Source: Lama guanicoe (taxonomy: Eukaryota). From it: a DNA stretch of 64,000 nt. Positions 37,770 to 49,899 of this stretch are shown here, one piece after another; the stretch's first letter is position 1, and every line of letters begins with the position of its first letter. Where the stretch lies: the NCBI GenBank assembly GCA_013239625.1, contig MU053645.1, forward strand, positions 558,001-622,000. Direction: 5' to 3'. The position numbers were made by a program, and so were the translations under genes. The notes under the pieces were generated by a model, which saw nothing but the letters and a program-made list of their open reading frames with translations, was not told the DNA's origin and searched no databases.

Positions 37770-37885
37770 AGGTGGTTCATAATTGTCAAAGTGCTTTTAG
37801 ATACATTAGTTCATGTGATCTACACAATGACCTTGGAAGGTAAGGAAGATGGTTACAATTATGGCCACCTTAGAGATGAAGCTAA
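37770..37885 (-). mobile_element. MIR fragment
   Basis: 'tcaaagtgctttt..cattagttcatgtgatctacacaatgacc..agagatgaag'. Confidence 0.6.
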
Positions 37886-39569
37886 ATGAAGCGTACATTG
37901 TCTCATTTGGTGCCCCCTTGTGACCAAAAGCCCCCATAGGCAGAATGGATAGGAAGACAGATAAAAGCTGTAGGCAGAAAATGGGTAAAAACGATCAGTA
38001 CTGAATCAATGGTTTTAGTGTCTTTGACTACACACTAATTAACTATGCTTAGGTTGCCAGGCCAGTGGGAGTGGCTTTGTGGCAAACAGCCAGCTGAAAC
38101 ATGATTTCTGTAGGACATTCCATGCACATACTTTTTTTTCTCCCAAAGCCATGAATGAAAGAGGATGAACTTGCACTTTAGATCCTAACACATCTGAGTG
38201 GGATGTATGGGCGTGGAGCCTCATTAAATTCCAATATCGTGTCTAGGTCCGAGAATTGCTAAGAAGTGCAGAACATTTGTGATGATAAAGCAGCAACTGC
38301 AGCAGTTCATCTGGATCCTGACCACCAGCCCATAGACAAATCTATCAGCGCCCAGCATAATTATAGCATTTGCAGATTAGCTAGAGCACATGCTGCCATG
38401 AGCTCATTTCTTTCTTCTTCTTCCTTTTTTAAAATCTCATCTAAAATGCACAGTTACTGTTTGGGAAATGAAGGGGAGAACTGTTGATACCAGACCCCAT
38501 GAACAACACAGTGGAGATTTACAATTTTATTAGAAAAGTTATCATGGACCTCTAGAGGGACTAATTGGGGTCTGAGCTAGTCTTTGAATTTGCTGCTCCA
38601 GCTTCATGCTTTGATTGAAAGAATGGGAGCTTGGGATGCAGTTTGGTACTAACATTTTAGTCCACAATTCCTCCCTTGCATTTCCCTCTGTAGCTGCTTA
38701 TGTTTAATTATCCTTAAATATAATTGCTCTACTGAGTATGCCATGACATTAGTCTTAATGTGCTAGTGAAGCTACTACTGTTACTGCCTGCTTCTTCCTA
38801 AAGCTAGGTTTTATATGTTCGACACTAACTTTCCATAGAAGAATGTGCAAATTAGCTTTTTTTCTATTAAAGGGAAAAGTTGTATCCACCTGCAGAAACA
38901 GATCAATTGGTTTGACTGAAATGATTGGTCCATTTCCATGAACTGAGTATAAGAACTCAGTAGAATTAATTGTTTGATTAAATAAATTAATTTACTTGAC
39001 TATAAGACTAAGTGTTAAAAACTGTCATTACAAGTTTCATCGTCCTTTTTTGTTGTTGATTTCTGTTTAATTAGACTTGCCAGAGAGCCAAGTAGTAGGG
39101 ACAGGAAGGACAGCTTGATGCAAGAACACTAAGTGTATGAACCCACTAGAATCATAAAGTGACTCTCTAATTTCTATGAATGAAGCCACTATGAACTGTG
39201 TATGTTAAGGTCAATGAAATGGATCTGTCCAAATCCATTCAACACACTAGCACTGAAGTCGCATTCCAAAATCACTATTTTCATCACAACATTTAACCAT
39301 ATAGAATCTACCAATGTCTCCTAAATAAGAGGATAAAATCTGAACCTGTAAGCTATGAACATAAAGGCAACTACAATGTAGACTTAAAAAACAATAGCAA
39401 CAACAAAAACAACAACAAAAAACAAACCAACCCTTCCGGCCTCTTAACTACTCTTCTACTTTATCTCTGCTTTGTTTGGCCAAGTTACTTTCCTTATCTG
39501 CCCTATTAATACATTGCATTAATTTCAAACTCTGCATCTTGGCTTAAACACTTTCCCTAAACTTGGAGA

Positions 39570-40020
39570 CAAATAATAATAGCTATCAGAGTTCTCATTT
39601 ATTTAGAATCTGCTCTGTGCTAGTCACTGTTCTAAGGCATTTTATGTTACATTCTACAGATAACTTTTCCAAAGTCAAGGAGCTCTGGACTTGTAAAACA
39701 GGGATCTGAAATGAGTTCTGCTTGATCTTACCATGCCTGTGATGCCTAAGATTTTCCCTTTCCTTTTTATCATCCCAAGTCCTATCTATCTGCCAAAAGT
39801 CAGTTTAAGTCCTACACCCTCCAGAAAGCCTTCCGCATTTGGTTCATGGTATACACTGCTTTGAATACAATGGTATACACTGCTTTGAATAAACCTCACC
39901 TTACATGGGTATATCTAGTCTCCCTAACCAGATTTGGAAGCTCCTAGATAAGAATCATGTCTCACATTACCCAGCAATTACGGTAGTGTCTGACACTGTG
40001 GAACAAATAAACACAATCTC
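39570..40020. mobile_element. MIR fragment (-, ~39570-39730) adjoining an L2 3' end (+, ~39740-40020)
   Basis: 'ctctgtgctagtcactgttctaaggcatttt'; 'gaagctcctagataagaatcatgtct..gtgtctgacac'. Confidence 0.65.
39846..39891. repeat. 22-bp direct repeat, 24-bp period
   Basis: atggtatacactgctttgaata-ca-atggtatacactgctttgaata. Confidence 0.9.
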
Positions 40021-40064
40021 CAAGTTATTTTCCCACAGTATTCTTTCTCCAAAAGTGGGTGCTT

Positions 40065-40445
40065 CCCATAGGGTTCTTAGGTTGCAATGAACAGAAACTA
40101 ATTTAAGCAAAAAGGGAACTTATCAGAAGGGTATCTCAAGGATGAACAGGATGTCTGAGGAACTAAGTTTAGATACAGGAAAGAAACCAGATCAGGTCTA
40201 GATGCACAGGCAAAAGGCACTACACAACAATTTCATCTTGATCTCATCACTGGATTGAATTCATTCCAACTGTGTTTTTCTTTTTAAATGCTTTGCTTTG
40301 TCATGTTGTGTCTTGTTTTTTGTCCTTGGGTCACTTTGTTCAAGATTCAAAATCCCAGGAAAGAGAGGCTGAATGGACAAGTTTTTAACTCCAGACCTTG
40401 GTCAAGACGGCATGCACACCTTGAGTAAAAGAAGAATCCCCCCAA
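40065..40445 (-). mobile_element. Ancient MaLR LTR (MLT1K-N-like)
   Basis: 'gggttcttaggttgcaatgaacagaaac..taatttaagcaaaaaggga', 'ttcaagattcaaaatcccaggaaagagag'. Confidence 0.6.
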
Positions 40446-40447
40446 AG

Positions 40448-40662
40448 CAAGATTTCTCAACCTCAGCAATATTAACGTTCAGTGCCAGACAATTCTCTGT
40501 TGTAGATGGCTGTCTTGTGCATCGTAAGTTGTTTAACAGCATCCCTGGCGTCCGCCTGCTAATTACAGTAGCCCTCTCCTCCAGTTGTAAAAAACCAAAA
40601 ATGTCTCCGGACATTGGCAAATGCCCCTGGGGAGCTAAATCACCCCAGGCTGAGAACCACTG
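40448..40662 (+). mobile_element. MER20 hAT-Charlie MITE, full length
   Basis: 'tttctcaacctcagca', 'gtttaacagcatccctggc', 'aaccaaaaatgtctccggacattggcaaatgcccctgggg', end 'tgagaaccactg'. Confidence 0.92.
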
Positions 40663-42939
40663 TCTTGCAGGAAACTTAGGTTCTCTGATGTCCTGAGGGA
40701 ATTGAAGATCTTGGAAAAGGAGACCTGGGAATAGTCTTCATGTGGGAAAAGAAAATGGAGGTCCTTACTAAGCACATTCAGTCGAGGGAGAGCCAGGGAT
40801 CTTGTTAATATCTTTAATGGTTTCCTGTAATCATGAAGGGAGATTGGTCAAGCCTAGCCAAAGTAGTTAACTAGTTTCAAGATTTCATAAATTGATAAAA
40901 ATGAATCCAGAAATTGCTGCGTTCTGGAAACATCATAAGCACTAGTATTCCTTAGAAAGGAACATCTTTTTTTGAATTAGCTTCATAGACTTCCTAATTC
41001 TGAATTATGATGCACATATTTTACTGACTACTTAATGATTATAAAGTCCCATATGTTGTAAATATGTCATGTCTAGAATTACTAGGCTGAGAATCCCCTG
41101 ATCTAGGTGATCATCCAGGAAAAATAAATAATAAATATTATTTAATACCATCTTTAATCCTCCAAATTTATAAACCCAAAAAGGACCAGTCTTAAATATA
41201 ATATATCCCCTTTGCCCTAAGCTTCCTTGTTTTATGTACCCTACTTCAAAAGAGTTTCTTCTCCAGCCTGCTTTTAAGCACCCAATGTTCTCTCTCTCTC
41301 TAATCAAATCTGGCTGCAAAGAACTCTGCGATTTAAACCTTGGTATGAACTGAAGACATCTGAACCTCTTCTCGTAAGGCTAGTTGCTTTCAAAGGATGT
41401 CTCAAAATGTGAAATAATAGGCTTTATTACTTAGGAGGCAGTTAAACAGCAGGCACATAATTGGCCCCGGGACCCTCCACTGACCACCTGTCTTCACACC
41501 GGTGTTGGTCAACAAATAGGGACGCTACTGAAGACAGATAAAGTTATTTTCCTCAAGATTCCAAACAGCATTGTTATGAGTGATTTCTCCACTTAAAAAC
41601 ATCTGAGGAAAGAGTTCCCTGGCATGTTTTAAATTAAGAAGTACATCACTGTCCATTAAAAGTCAAGCCTTGTTTTCACTTCAGCCTGTTACTACCTCCA
41701 TCAACAAAACACTGTAACAATTAATTTCTTGTAAATATTTACTCCACCAAAACTCTAATATTCTCTGCCTTTTTTAAAACAGGAGTGGCAGACTGACATA
41801 TATTGTTTATCTATTAACTCTGTCCACAGAGAATATGTATTTTGTAGGTGCTCCAGCTGTAGTAGAAAGGCTGTGATGGGGTCAAGAAAAAAAATAAAGC
41901 CAGTGATTCCAAGAGTCATTCAGAGATTTGTTTCAAACCATTGGTGGCTCGACCTTCAGAGATTTTGTTATGCATCTCCCACACTTCCCTACTCCTGACT
42001 AAGAATAATTTCCTTTAGTAAGTCACTATCACTGATGGTGGTGGCTCATGTTCCTTATGTGAAGATAAAATTCTTGAGAACCAGAGTCAAACAGACAGGA
42101 GGTCATATTCATAGGATTCAATTGCTTTTAAAACAAACACATTCTAGTTGCATTAAAAATACTCCTGCCATCATTTGAAGCCATTCTAAGTATGCGTCTT
42201 TATTTAGCATATAACTTAAAGTCAGGTATTTCCTTTGAAGCAATAGGTGATTCTTTAACAGGGAGATGCTGAGTTGCTAGGGAAGTGACGGGCAACCCAC
42301 CTGGCCATTGCCCCTGCACAGGTCAGGCCCCCTAGCAACTTCTCTGGGCATCTGACTCAAAGACTGGGTCCTGCCTTGCAATTCAGTGGATGTGCCTTGA
42401 GGGTTGTGAATGGTCTGGGCTGCTGTGAAGTGCCCTGAGGTGCCCTCTCCTCTAGATTCCATATTTATTTCCACTAATATTTGAGTTTTAAGCAATGCAT
42501 GAGCTCTCGAAAGGCGTGACCATAAAAGCAGGGCAATTTCTTCTCAATGCCATTTGACACAGGGCCCTTCTCTGGAGAGAACAATGTTTATTCAGCACAA
42601 ATCTGCTCAGACATAAAACAACTTCTTCAAACTTGAAAAGAAAACAACCTTGGGGAAAATAGAAACTTAAACAGAAGTTGTGATGGTATTTTTTTTTCTT
42701 CACAGAGCATGCTTTTTCTTCAATCTTGCCTTTTTCCCCTCAAGAAAGATTTTGCCTTCTCTCTCAAAAATAGTACTCCCTGGACCCTTATATTGTTGAT
42801 GTCTGACACATTCCAAATGTGATTACTATCAAAGAAATCACGTAAGATAGTGTACTACTGAGTTCCACACATAACCTGGGATATGGTTAGGACCAAAGTA
42901 ATGGGAAGTTACACATAGAAGATAGATTGATTTTAATTT

Positions 42940-43495
42940 GGGGGGTTTTATTGACAGATAATTGACATATAACGTTGTGTGCGTTTACAGTATACAGTGT
43001 GTTGATTTGATACACTTATATATTGCAATACAATTACCACCATGTAGTTAAATAATACTTCTATCACATCCCATAATTATCATTTCTTTTTTTTGTGGTG
43101 AGAACATTTAAGATCTACTCTTTTAGCAACTTTCAAGTATATATTACAGTATTATTCATTATAATCACAATACTGTGTATTAGATCCCCACAATTTATTC
43201 ATCTTCTAACTTGAAGTTTATACTCTTTGACCAGTATCGCCCCATTTTCCCCACTCTCCAGCCCCTGGTAACCACCATTCTAGTCTCTTTCTGTGAGTTT
43301 GGATTTTTGGGGGGGGGTTTCATATATAAGTGATATCACACAGTATTTGTCTTTATCTGACTTATTTCATTTAGCATAATGCCCTCCAAGTTCATCCACG
43401 TGGTCACAAATGGCAGGATTTCCATCTTTCTCACAGCTGAATAGTATTCCATTGTGCATATATAGATGTATAGATATATACGCCATATCTTTATG
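42940..43495 (-). mobile_element. L1MA8/9-like 3' end with TSD
   Basis: 'gtggtgagaacatttaagatctactcttttagcaactttcaagtat'; TSD-like agatagattgattttaattt 42920-42939 / agatagatcaatttttaattt 43496-43516. Confidence 0.92.
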
Positions 43496-43639
43496 AGATA
43501 GATCAATTTTTAATTTACATCAAGATCCTCATTTGATTCTGTCAGATTCTAGAAATTTGGCCCTGATAGTAATGCTTAAGAATATAATAAGATACTACAG
43601 GATAGATAATTTTACAGCTAGACAAACTCTTATTTAACT

Positions 43640-44032
43640 CATCTGGCTATTCTGACAGATGATTAAACTGAAAGGCAGAAAAGGAAGGGATTTGCTGAAC
43701 GTCATATTGCAAGTTGGTGATAAAGCAGAAGACCAAAACCCATGTTTCCTGAATTAAAGATCAATATTCTTGCCACTGCACCATGGCTTAACATTGATTA
43801 AGCATGCATTTCATGCCAAGCTCTTTTACATTCATTCCCTCATTAAATCCTTACAACAATACATGAAGTAGGTCCTAATATTGTCAACATTTGACAGATG
43901 AGAAAATTGCGGCTCAGTGAGATAAAGTGACTTGCCTCAAGTCATATTGCTGATAAATACATTATGGATCCAGGATTCAACCTAAGGCTATTTGACTGTT
44001 GAATCTGAGCTAATAGCTGCTATGAGCTATTA
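43640..44032 (-). mobile_element. Two tandem MIR SINEs
   Basis: Cores 'tgacagatgattaaactga' and 'ttgacagatgagaaaattgcggctcag..gtgacttgcctcaagtca'. Confidence 0.8.
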
Positions 44033-44050
44033 CCACTCTTCCTTGTTTTT

Positions 44051-44396
44051 CTTTAAACACCTTTATTGTGGTATGATTCCTGTACAGTAAACTACACATA
44101 TTTCAGATATACAATTTGATAAATTTTGATAGATGTATACACCAATGAAACCACTGCCACAATCAAGATAGCTAACATTTCCATTACTCCCAAAGAGGTG
44201 CAAATTTCAAATTCCCAATTTATCCCTTCCCATCCCCTTTACCCCCTGGTAACCATAGGTTTGTTCTCTATGTCTGTGAGTCTGTTTTTGTTTTGTAGAT
44301 AAGTTCATCTGTGTCCTTTTTTAAGATTCCACATATAAGTGATTTATGGTATTTTTTCTTTCTCTTTCTGACTTACTTCACTTAGAGTGACAATCT
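44051..44396 (-). mobile_element. Chimeric L1 3' end: old L1M terminus plus younger L1 3' UTR piece
   Basis: Old-type ~44051-44196, young-type ~44197-44396; TSD ccactcttcctt(g/a)ttttt 44033-44050/44397-44414. Confidence 0.8.
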
Positions 44397-44534
44397 CCAC
44401 TCTTCCTTATTTTTTAAGACTCTTTCTCCTTCATTCAAAACATATCCTATTTACTGTTTCCATATAAGCATCTCAAAAACAGTTATTTTATTGAATTGAT
44501 GGAGTTTGGGGAAAATTGACTGAATACCTTTAGC

Positions 44535-44785
44535 TGTGTATACACAATTCTACAGGTCAAAGAGTAGGACAAAAATTCAATCTTGGATTATTTGGTGTCA
44601 TTCATTCTTTCAATCAGTTAACAAATGTTTATAGTCCTTCTAAACAAGTTGTGTGTCTATGCTGGGTTTGGGGATGCAAAGTACAAATCTGAAGAATACA
44701 TGGAGCCATATCAAAAGGGTTCATCAAGTATGAAAGACAGGCATGTACAAATGGCTGCAGTAAATGAAGAATAGAGGTAATTGCC
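44535..44785 (-). mobile_element. L2 3' fragment interrupted by MLT1
   Basis: 'tcattcattc..aacaaatgtttatag..gtgtctatgctggg..ggggatgcaaag'. Confidence 0.6.
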
Positions 44786-45290
44786 TGTTTTAGTTTGTAT
44801 TGCTGTTGTAACAAGTTATCACAAACTTAGTGGTTTAAAACAACACATTTATCATTATCTCATAGTCTGGGAGGTCAGAAGTCTGACATGGATTTTACTG
44901 TACTAAAATTACGGTGTTGGCAGGGCTGTGTCCTTTCCTGAGGTCCTAGGGGACAATTTATTTCCTTTCTTTTGCCGGCTTATAGAGGGTGACCACGTTC
45001 TTTGGTGCTTGGCCTTCTTCCAGCTTCAGAGCCAGGAATGGTAGGTTGAGTTCTTCTCACATTACATCATACCAACCTTCTTTTCTGCCTCTCTATTCTA
45101 CTTTTAAGGACCCCTGTGACTACATTGGGCTCACTTGGATAATTCACAATAATTTCCCTACTTTCAAGTCAGGTGATTAGCAATCATAATTCCATTTGCA
45201 ACGCTAATTTGCTTTTGCTGTATAATCTAACATAGTCCTAACAGATTATGATGTGGACATCTTGGTGGAGCCGTTATTCTGCCTACTAAA
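44786..45290 (-). mobile_element. MLT1D-like solo LTR, near full length
   Basis: 'tgttttagttt..tgtaacaagttatcacaaacttagtggtttaaaacaacac'..'tattctgcctacta'; 5-bp TSD ttgcc/atgcc. Confidence 0.92.
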
Positions 45291-45984
45291 ATGCCAAAAC
45301 AGGTAATCAAATAAAATACAAATGGAATTTAAAGAAGAATATGACATCTTGTCTGGCATATGGAATAAGAACCTACATTGCATGTGTTGTATTTTAATAA
45401 AATGAACTTTTATTTCCTGGTCTCATTTCAGCCAAATCAGTTTGTAAATGGAGACATATTCTTTGTATTTCAAACAGAAGTCCATCAAGACAATTATTTG
45501 AGTAGACTTGGCTGGTATTGATACTATTGTTTTCAGCGTAATGATTTATTTATTTACAGCTGTCAAAATCATTCAGCATTCATAGCCTATCAATATAATA
45601 TTTTGAAATATAGAAGAATAAGAAAAAGCAAAATATCACTGAAGCAATTTCAACCATGTGGATGTGCTTGTAGTCCCTAGTGAGGACTACAGCTGTGAAT
45701 ATTAAATAAGCAATTACTTTAGAATCAAAAGTTTCATGCCAAGAATAATTTTCTAATTCTTTTGGGAATCATTAAACATGATATGATATTTAGAACACAG
45801 TGAGAAATTGTCCGTCTAAGTGGAGAACCTTTCTAACATGCAGACTGACTTAGTTGGGGTCTGAAGTTGAAGAAAGTTATCAATCACCAGGCATTATCCC
45901 TTTACACTCCCCTTCCTGTTTGCTTTACATGTCCAGAGAATTTTTCATAATCATGATTTCATAATCATAATCATGATTAACCCA

Positions 45985-46350
45985 TTTGTTTGCATGACAG
46001 CAAGTCACATGGATGGTCATCAAAAAACCTATAAATTGTAGGATGTTACTTTCACTTTGCAGATGAGAAAACTGAGGTTCTGGGAAGGTAAACTGCTCCC
46101 CTAAGGATACACAGCTACTAAGGGACAGAACCAGGATTTAAACTCCAATTCTGACTCCTATTCTGTAGTTTCCTAGTCTCATTTAATCCTCACAACATTC
46201 TTATGAGGTGAGTACTACTATTACGCCTGTTTTATTGTTGAGGGAATTAAGGCTCAGAGAGGTTGGGTAACTTGACCAGCTAGCAAAGGGGGCAGAACTG
46301 TTACCCACATCTATGTTTATCTGATTTTAAAGCTTGGCTCTTTCCCCCTA
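45985..46350 (-). mobile_element. Two tandem MIR SINEs
   Basis: 'tttgcagatgagaaaactgaggttc' and 'tctcatttaatcctcacaaca..aggctcagagaggtt'. Confidence 0.85.
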
Positions 46351-47899
46351 AAACTCTCTAGGATGAATATGTAATAGTATTTCAAACGAACTCAATCCTA
46401 CCAGGAAAGTATCTGAAAACAAAGTCTTTCTGCTTTCCATTTTCATCACTGAAGTCAGAACCTGGCCCTTACAAATCCTGATTGATTTCCCACATGATGG
46501 CAACCCTCTGGGAGGTTTCCAAGCTTGTTCCCTGTCTTCGTAACACTGATGAGCACTAATTTAATTAACCAAATATAAGTTGATGACCTATGATGTTGAA
46601 ATTGATTTTGAAATGAAGCCAATTATGATTGTTCACAGTTCCAAGGAGAAAATACAAGCTAGGTGATTTCAAGATGCGATTACTGAATGCAGAAGAATTG
46701 AAGATAAGAGAGAAAAATCAACTGAATTTACAAAGGACTTTCTCCTTTCAATTATTATCTCTTGGGTCCAACTGGGAGGCTAGTAGGGCAAGGACTGCTA
46801 TCTCTAGAAACTGACAGATGAAATCTCAGAAATTTTTTCAAAGTAGGAACCAAGTCTCCTAAAACAGAATGCCTTGTGTTCCTGAATCAAATTCATAAAC
46901 TTCCCCTCTAACTGTGGAACTTTAGAGATAGCCCCGTATTTTCTGACAGGATAAGCACTTCCTCAGCTGTCATTATCACTCATTACTTAATATGATTTTG
47001 TAAAGAGATTGGACTCAGTGTTTAGAAGGAGAATCTGCATCTTTGATTAAGACGGCTTTGAATATCATAAGGCAAGCTAATGCTATGACAGGATAGTCAC
47101 TTCCTGTCACTCCACACCATAGGCTTCTCTATACTGGTTTAAATGAAGCAGCTTCCAAGTATGTTCTAATTCACCTGAGGGTTGTACATACCCCCTCTCC
47201 CCATCATCCACTGATCTGAACTAATGCTTCCCTGCAGAATATTCCAGTACAGATGAAACCCAAGTGTTCAAGGCTGCTCTGGCCTTATGCCACATTGATC
47301 TGGTGCCATTGGATATTTCTATAGCAAACATGCACTTTCTCTAATAGTGTCTTTAGTCAAGAAGTGGTCTGGTCATTTGTGAGAGAACCAAAGGCTTTTC
47401 AGGAAACTTTCTTCTGTGAGGGTGGTTACCTGGGGTTACCAACCAGTTCAAACACTGTAGATCAATCTTGCTGCATTGGGTGACTCAGTGTCTACTGCTC
47501 TGCTTTTAGCCTGCCAGGTTAGTTACAAGTCTAACTGAAACCCAGACCTTCAGGATCTTTGTCTATGGGCTGATGTCCCATCAATGCTTTAGTAGGAGCC
47601 CGAGAACTGGAACTCACTAGCATATAGCCACTTAAGTCTCAGAGAGCCTAAAAGAAAGAAAAAGTACTGTCCTGCTCTTGAAGAGGGAATTTCAGTTCCT
47701 GAGACAGCAAAAGCTCCTCATCCTTGCCTGTCTTATGTGTGTCCAGACCTTGGAAATGTCTGTGATGTTCATCAGCATTGGGCTGATCTCACCCTAATTC
47801 AGAGCAGATGGCTGCTTATATGTTATGATTTTAAAAGGAAAGCCTCTTCCAACTTTCAAAAACATCTGCCACCCACTATCTAGGTCACAAACCCTGTAA

Positions 47900-48470
47900 T
47901 ATTGCTGTTGAAAGCACAGACTCTGGGTTAAGAATACCTGAGTTTGAATCTGGCTCTGCCACTTACTGTGTGACCTTAATCATGTTTCCTTTTTTTTAAA
48001 ATTGAAATGAAGTATAGTTGATTTACAATGTTGTGTTAGTTTCAGGTGTACAGCAAAGTAATTCAGGTTATAAATAATATGTATATTCTTTTTCAGATTA
48101 TTTTCAAACATAGGTTATTACAAGATATTGAACTTATTTACAAAACAGAAACAGACTCACAGACATAGAAAACAAACTTACGGTTATTGAAGGGGAAAGG
48201 AGGGAGGGATAATCTAGGCGTTTGGGATGAACAGATACACACTACTATATATAAAACAGATAAAAAACAAGGACCGATTGTGTAGTACAGGGGACTATAC
48301 TGATCATGTTTCTTAATAACTTTGGTATTCTGTTCTGTCTAACTGTGGATGGTAATTGCACCCACTCTTTAGGATTGTTATGAGGATGAAACGAGATCAT
48401 GCTTCAAAAGTGCAAAGTAGAGAACTGGCTCATCGTTAGTCCTCAATCAATGTTAGCAATTATTATTAAC
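47900..48470 (+). mobile_element. MIR split by an L1 insertion
   Basis: 'gagtttgaatctggctctgccacttactgtgtgacctt' resumes after 48301 '..ggattgttatgaggatgaaacgagat'. Confidence 0.8.
47991..48300 (-). mobile_element. 5'-inverted (twin-primed) L1 3' end with TSD
   Basis: poly-T plus antisense terminus to ~48132, sense piece ~48133-48300; TSD taatcatgtttcct/tgatcatgtttctt. Confidence 0.92.
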
Positions 48471-49014
48471 TTACCAAATTAAGAGAACATTGAGCTATAT
48501 CTATTTCTAGGGAGGGAATCAAATGTAATGTATGACTGAGACAAAGGTTGAAAGGAAAAGGGTGGGGGTACTGCAGGGAAGAAGTGGGAGTAGGGTAGAC
48601 AGAACAACACAATTACCAAAGCACGTCTCACTCACTTCAAAAATCTAATTTTCCAATACCTCAAGCCATCACAGTACTTGTGTATAGAAATCCAGATCTA
48701 AAATTCACATGGCCAACTTCTGCCTTGGTAAGGAGGTCACAGTTTTCTCTAGGAGTTTAAAAAAATAACTATAATAATGTGTAAGGAAATGGATGAGCCG
48801 GCAGGTATGTTTCAATAGTACTTATGTGGATAATACACTGAACTTAAGTCAATGATTTTGTTGACTCCCCTACCCCTGCAAAATGAAAAGGAAATTGAGC
48901 TCATTGGCTGGAGTTTCAGTCTGATGTCAACTTTGCTGCAAAGCAGGTAGGCAAATTATTGGCACAAAAATGGAAGCCACTTCATCAGCTTAACGAAATA
49001 TCTTCCACAGAATG

Positions 49015-49290
49015 GATAGAATAAAAGCAGCTCTACCCTCCATGTGGTATACTGTTTGAGACTTGGGCTGAAAAGCTCCAAAATCTCAGTTCTAATCCTG
49101 GCTCCACTAATAATTTATTATGTGACCTTAGACAATTCTGTTAACTTTTCAGTTGCTTAGTTTCCCCATCTTCAAGATGGGGATGATAATCACTTGTACA
49201 GTTTATATGGTTAATATAAGGAGCAAATGAAAGAAAAAATTATCAAAGCCCTATGAGGTTTAAAAAAGTACTCTCAAGATACAAGCTATA
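49015..49290 (+). mobile_element. MIR SINE
   Basis: 'agttctaatcctggctccac..tgtgacctt..agtttccccatcttcaagatggggatgataat'. Confidence 0.8.
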
Positions 49291-49544
49291 AAGTGAGAAA
49301 TGTTCTCCTAAAGTAACAACTGCCAACAATATATCCCAGAGGTATAGCTAGCTGTTTTATGCCATTCCTAGAGGTCCCCAAGGAGGAAATCTGTAGGGCC
49401 ATTTTGGTTGCTTGTTCAGTATTTTAAAAGGTTTTGTCATCATAGCATTCTATTTTATGTCTAGTGTAAATTTATCTAACTGCAATGAAAAGCTACATTT
49501 ACTGAAGAAAAGGGAGAAGAATCATCACCAACTGTATTTCTAGA

Positions 49545-49785
49545 AAATAATATATAACACTTCTATGGCACTTAGTATAAATCAGGTACTGGTCCACGGA
49601 ATTAACAGGTATTAATTCATTTAATGCTTACAAAAACTCTATGATTGAGGTACACACTGTTATTATCTCTATTTTATAGATAAAAAACAGATATCAAAAA
49701 ATTATGTGACTTGCTCAAGTTAACATATTTGGTAAGAAATAGAGCTGAGGTTTGAATTTAAGGAGTGTGGCTCCAGAGTCCTTGT
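49545..49785 (-). mobile_element. MIR SINE
   Basis: 'attcatttaatgcttacaa..attttatagat..gtgacttgctcaag..tggctccagagtc'. Confidence 0.8.
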
Positions 49786-49899
49786 TTAGAAGAAGCTTTA
49801 GAGAATCCTGATCATTTTGTCATTTCAACAAGCATTTACCAAACAAAATCAAAATTAGAAAGACTCTAGTCCTCCTAATACATAAATTCCCTCTAAAGA

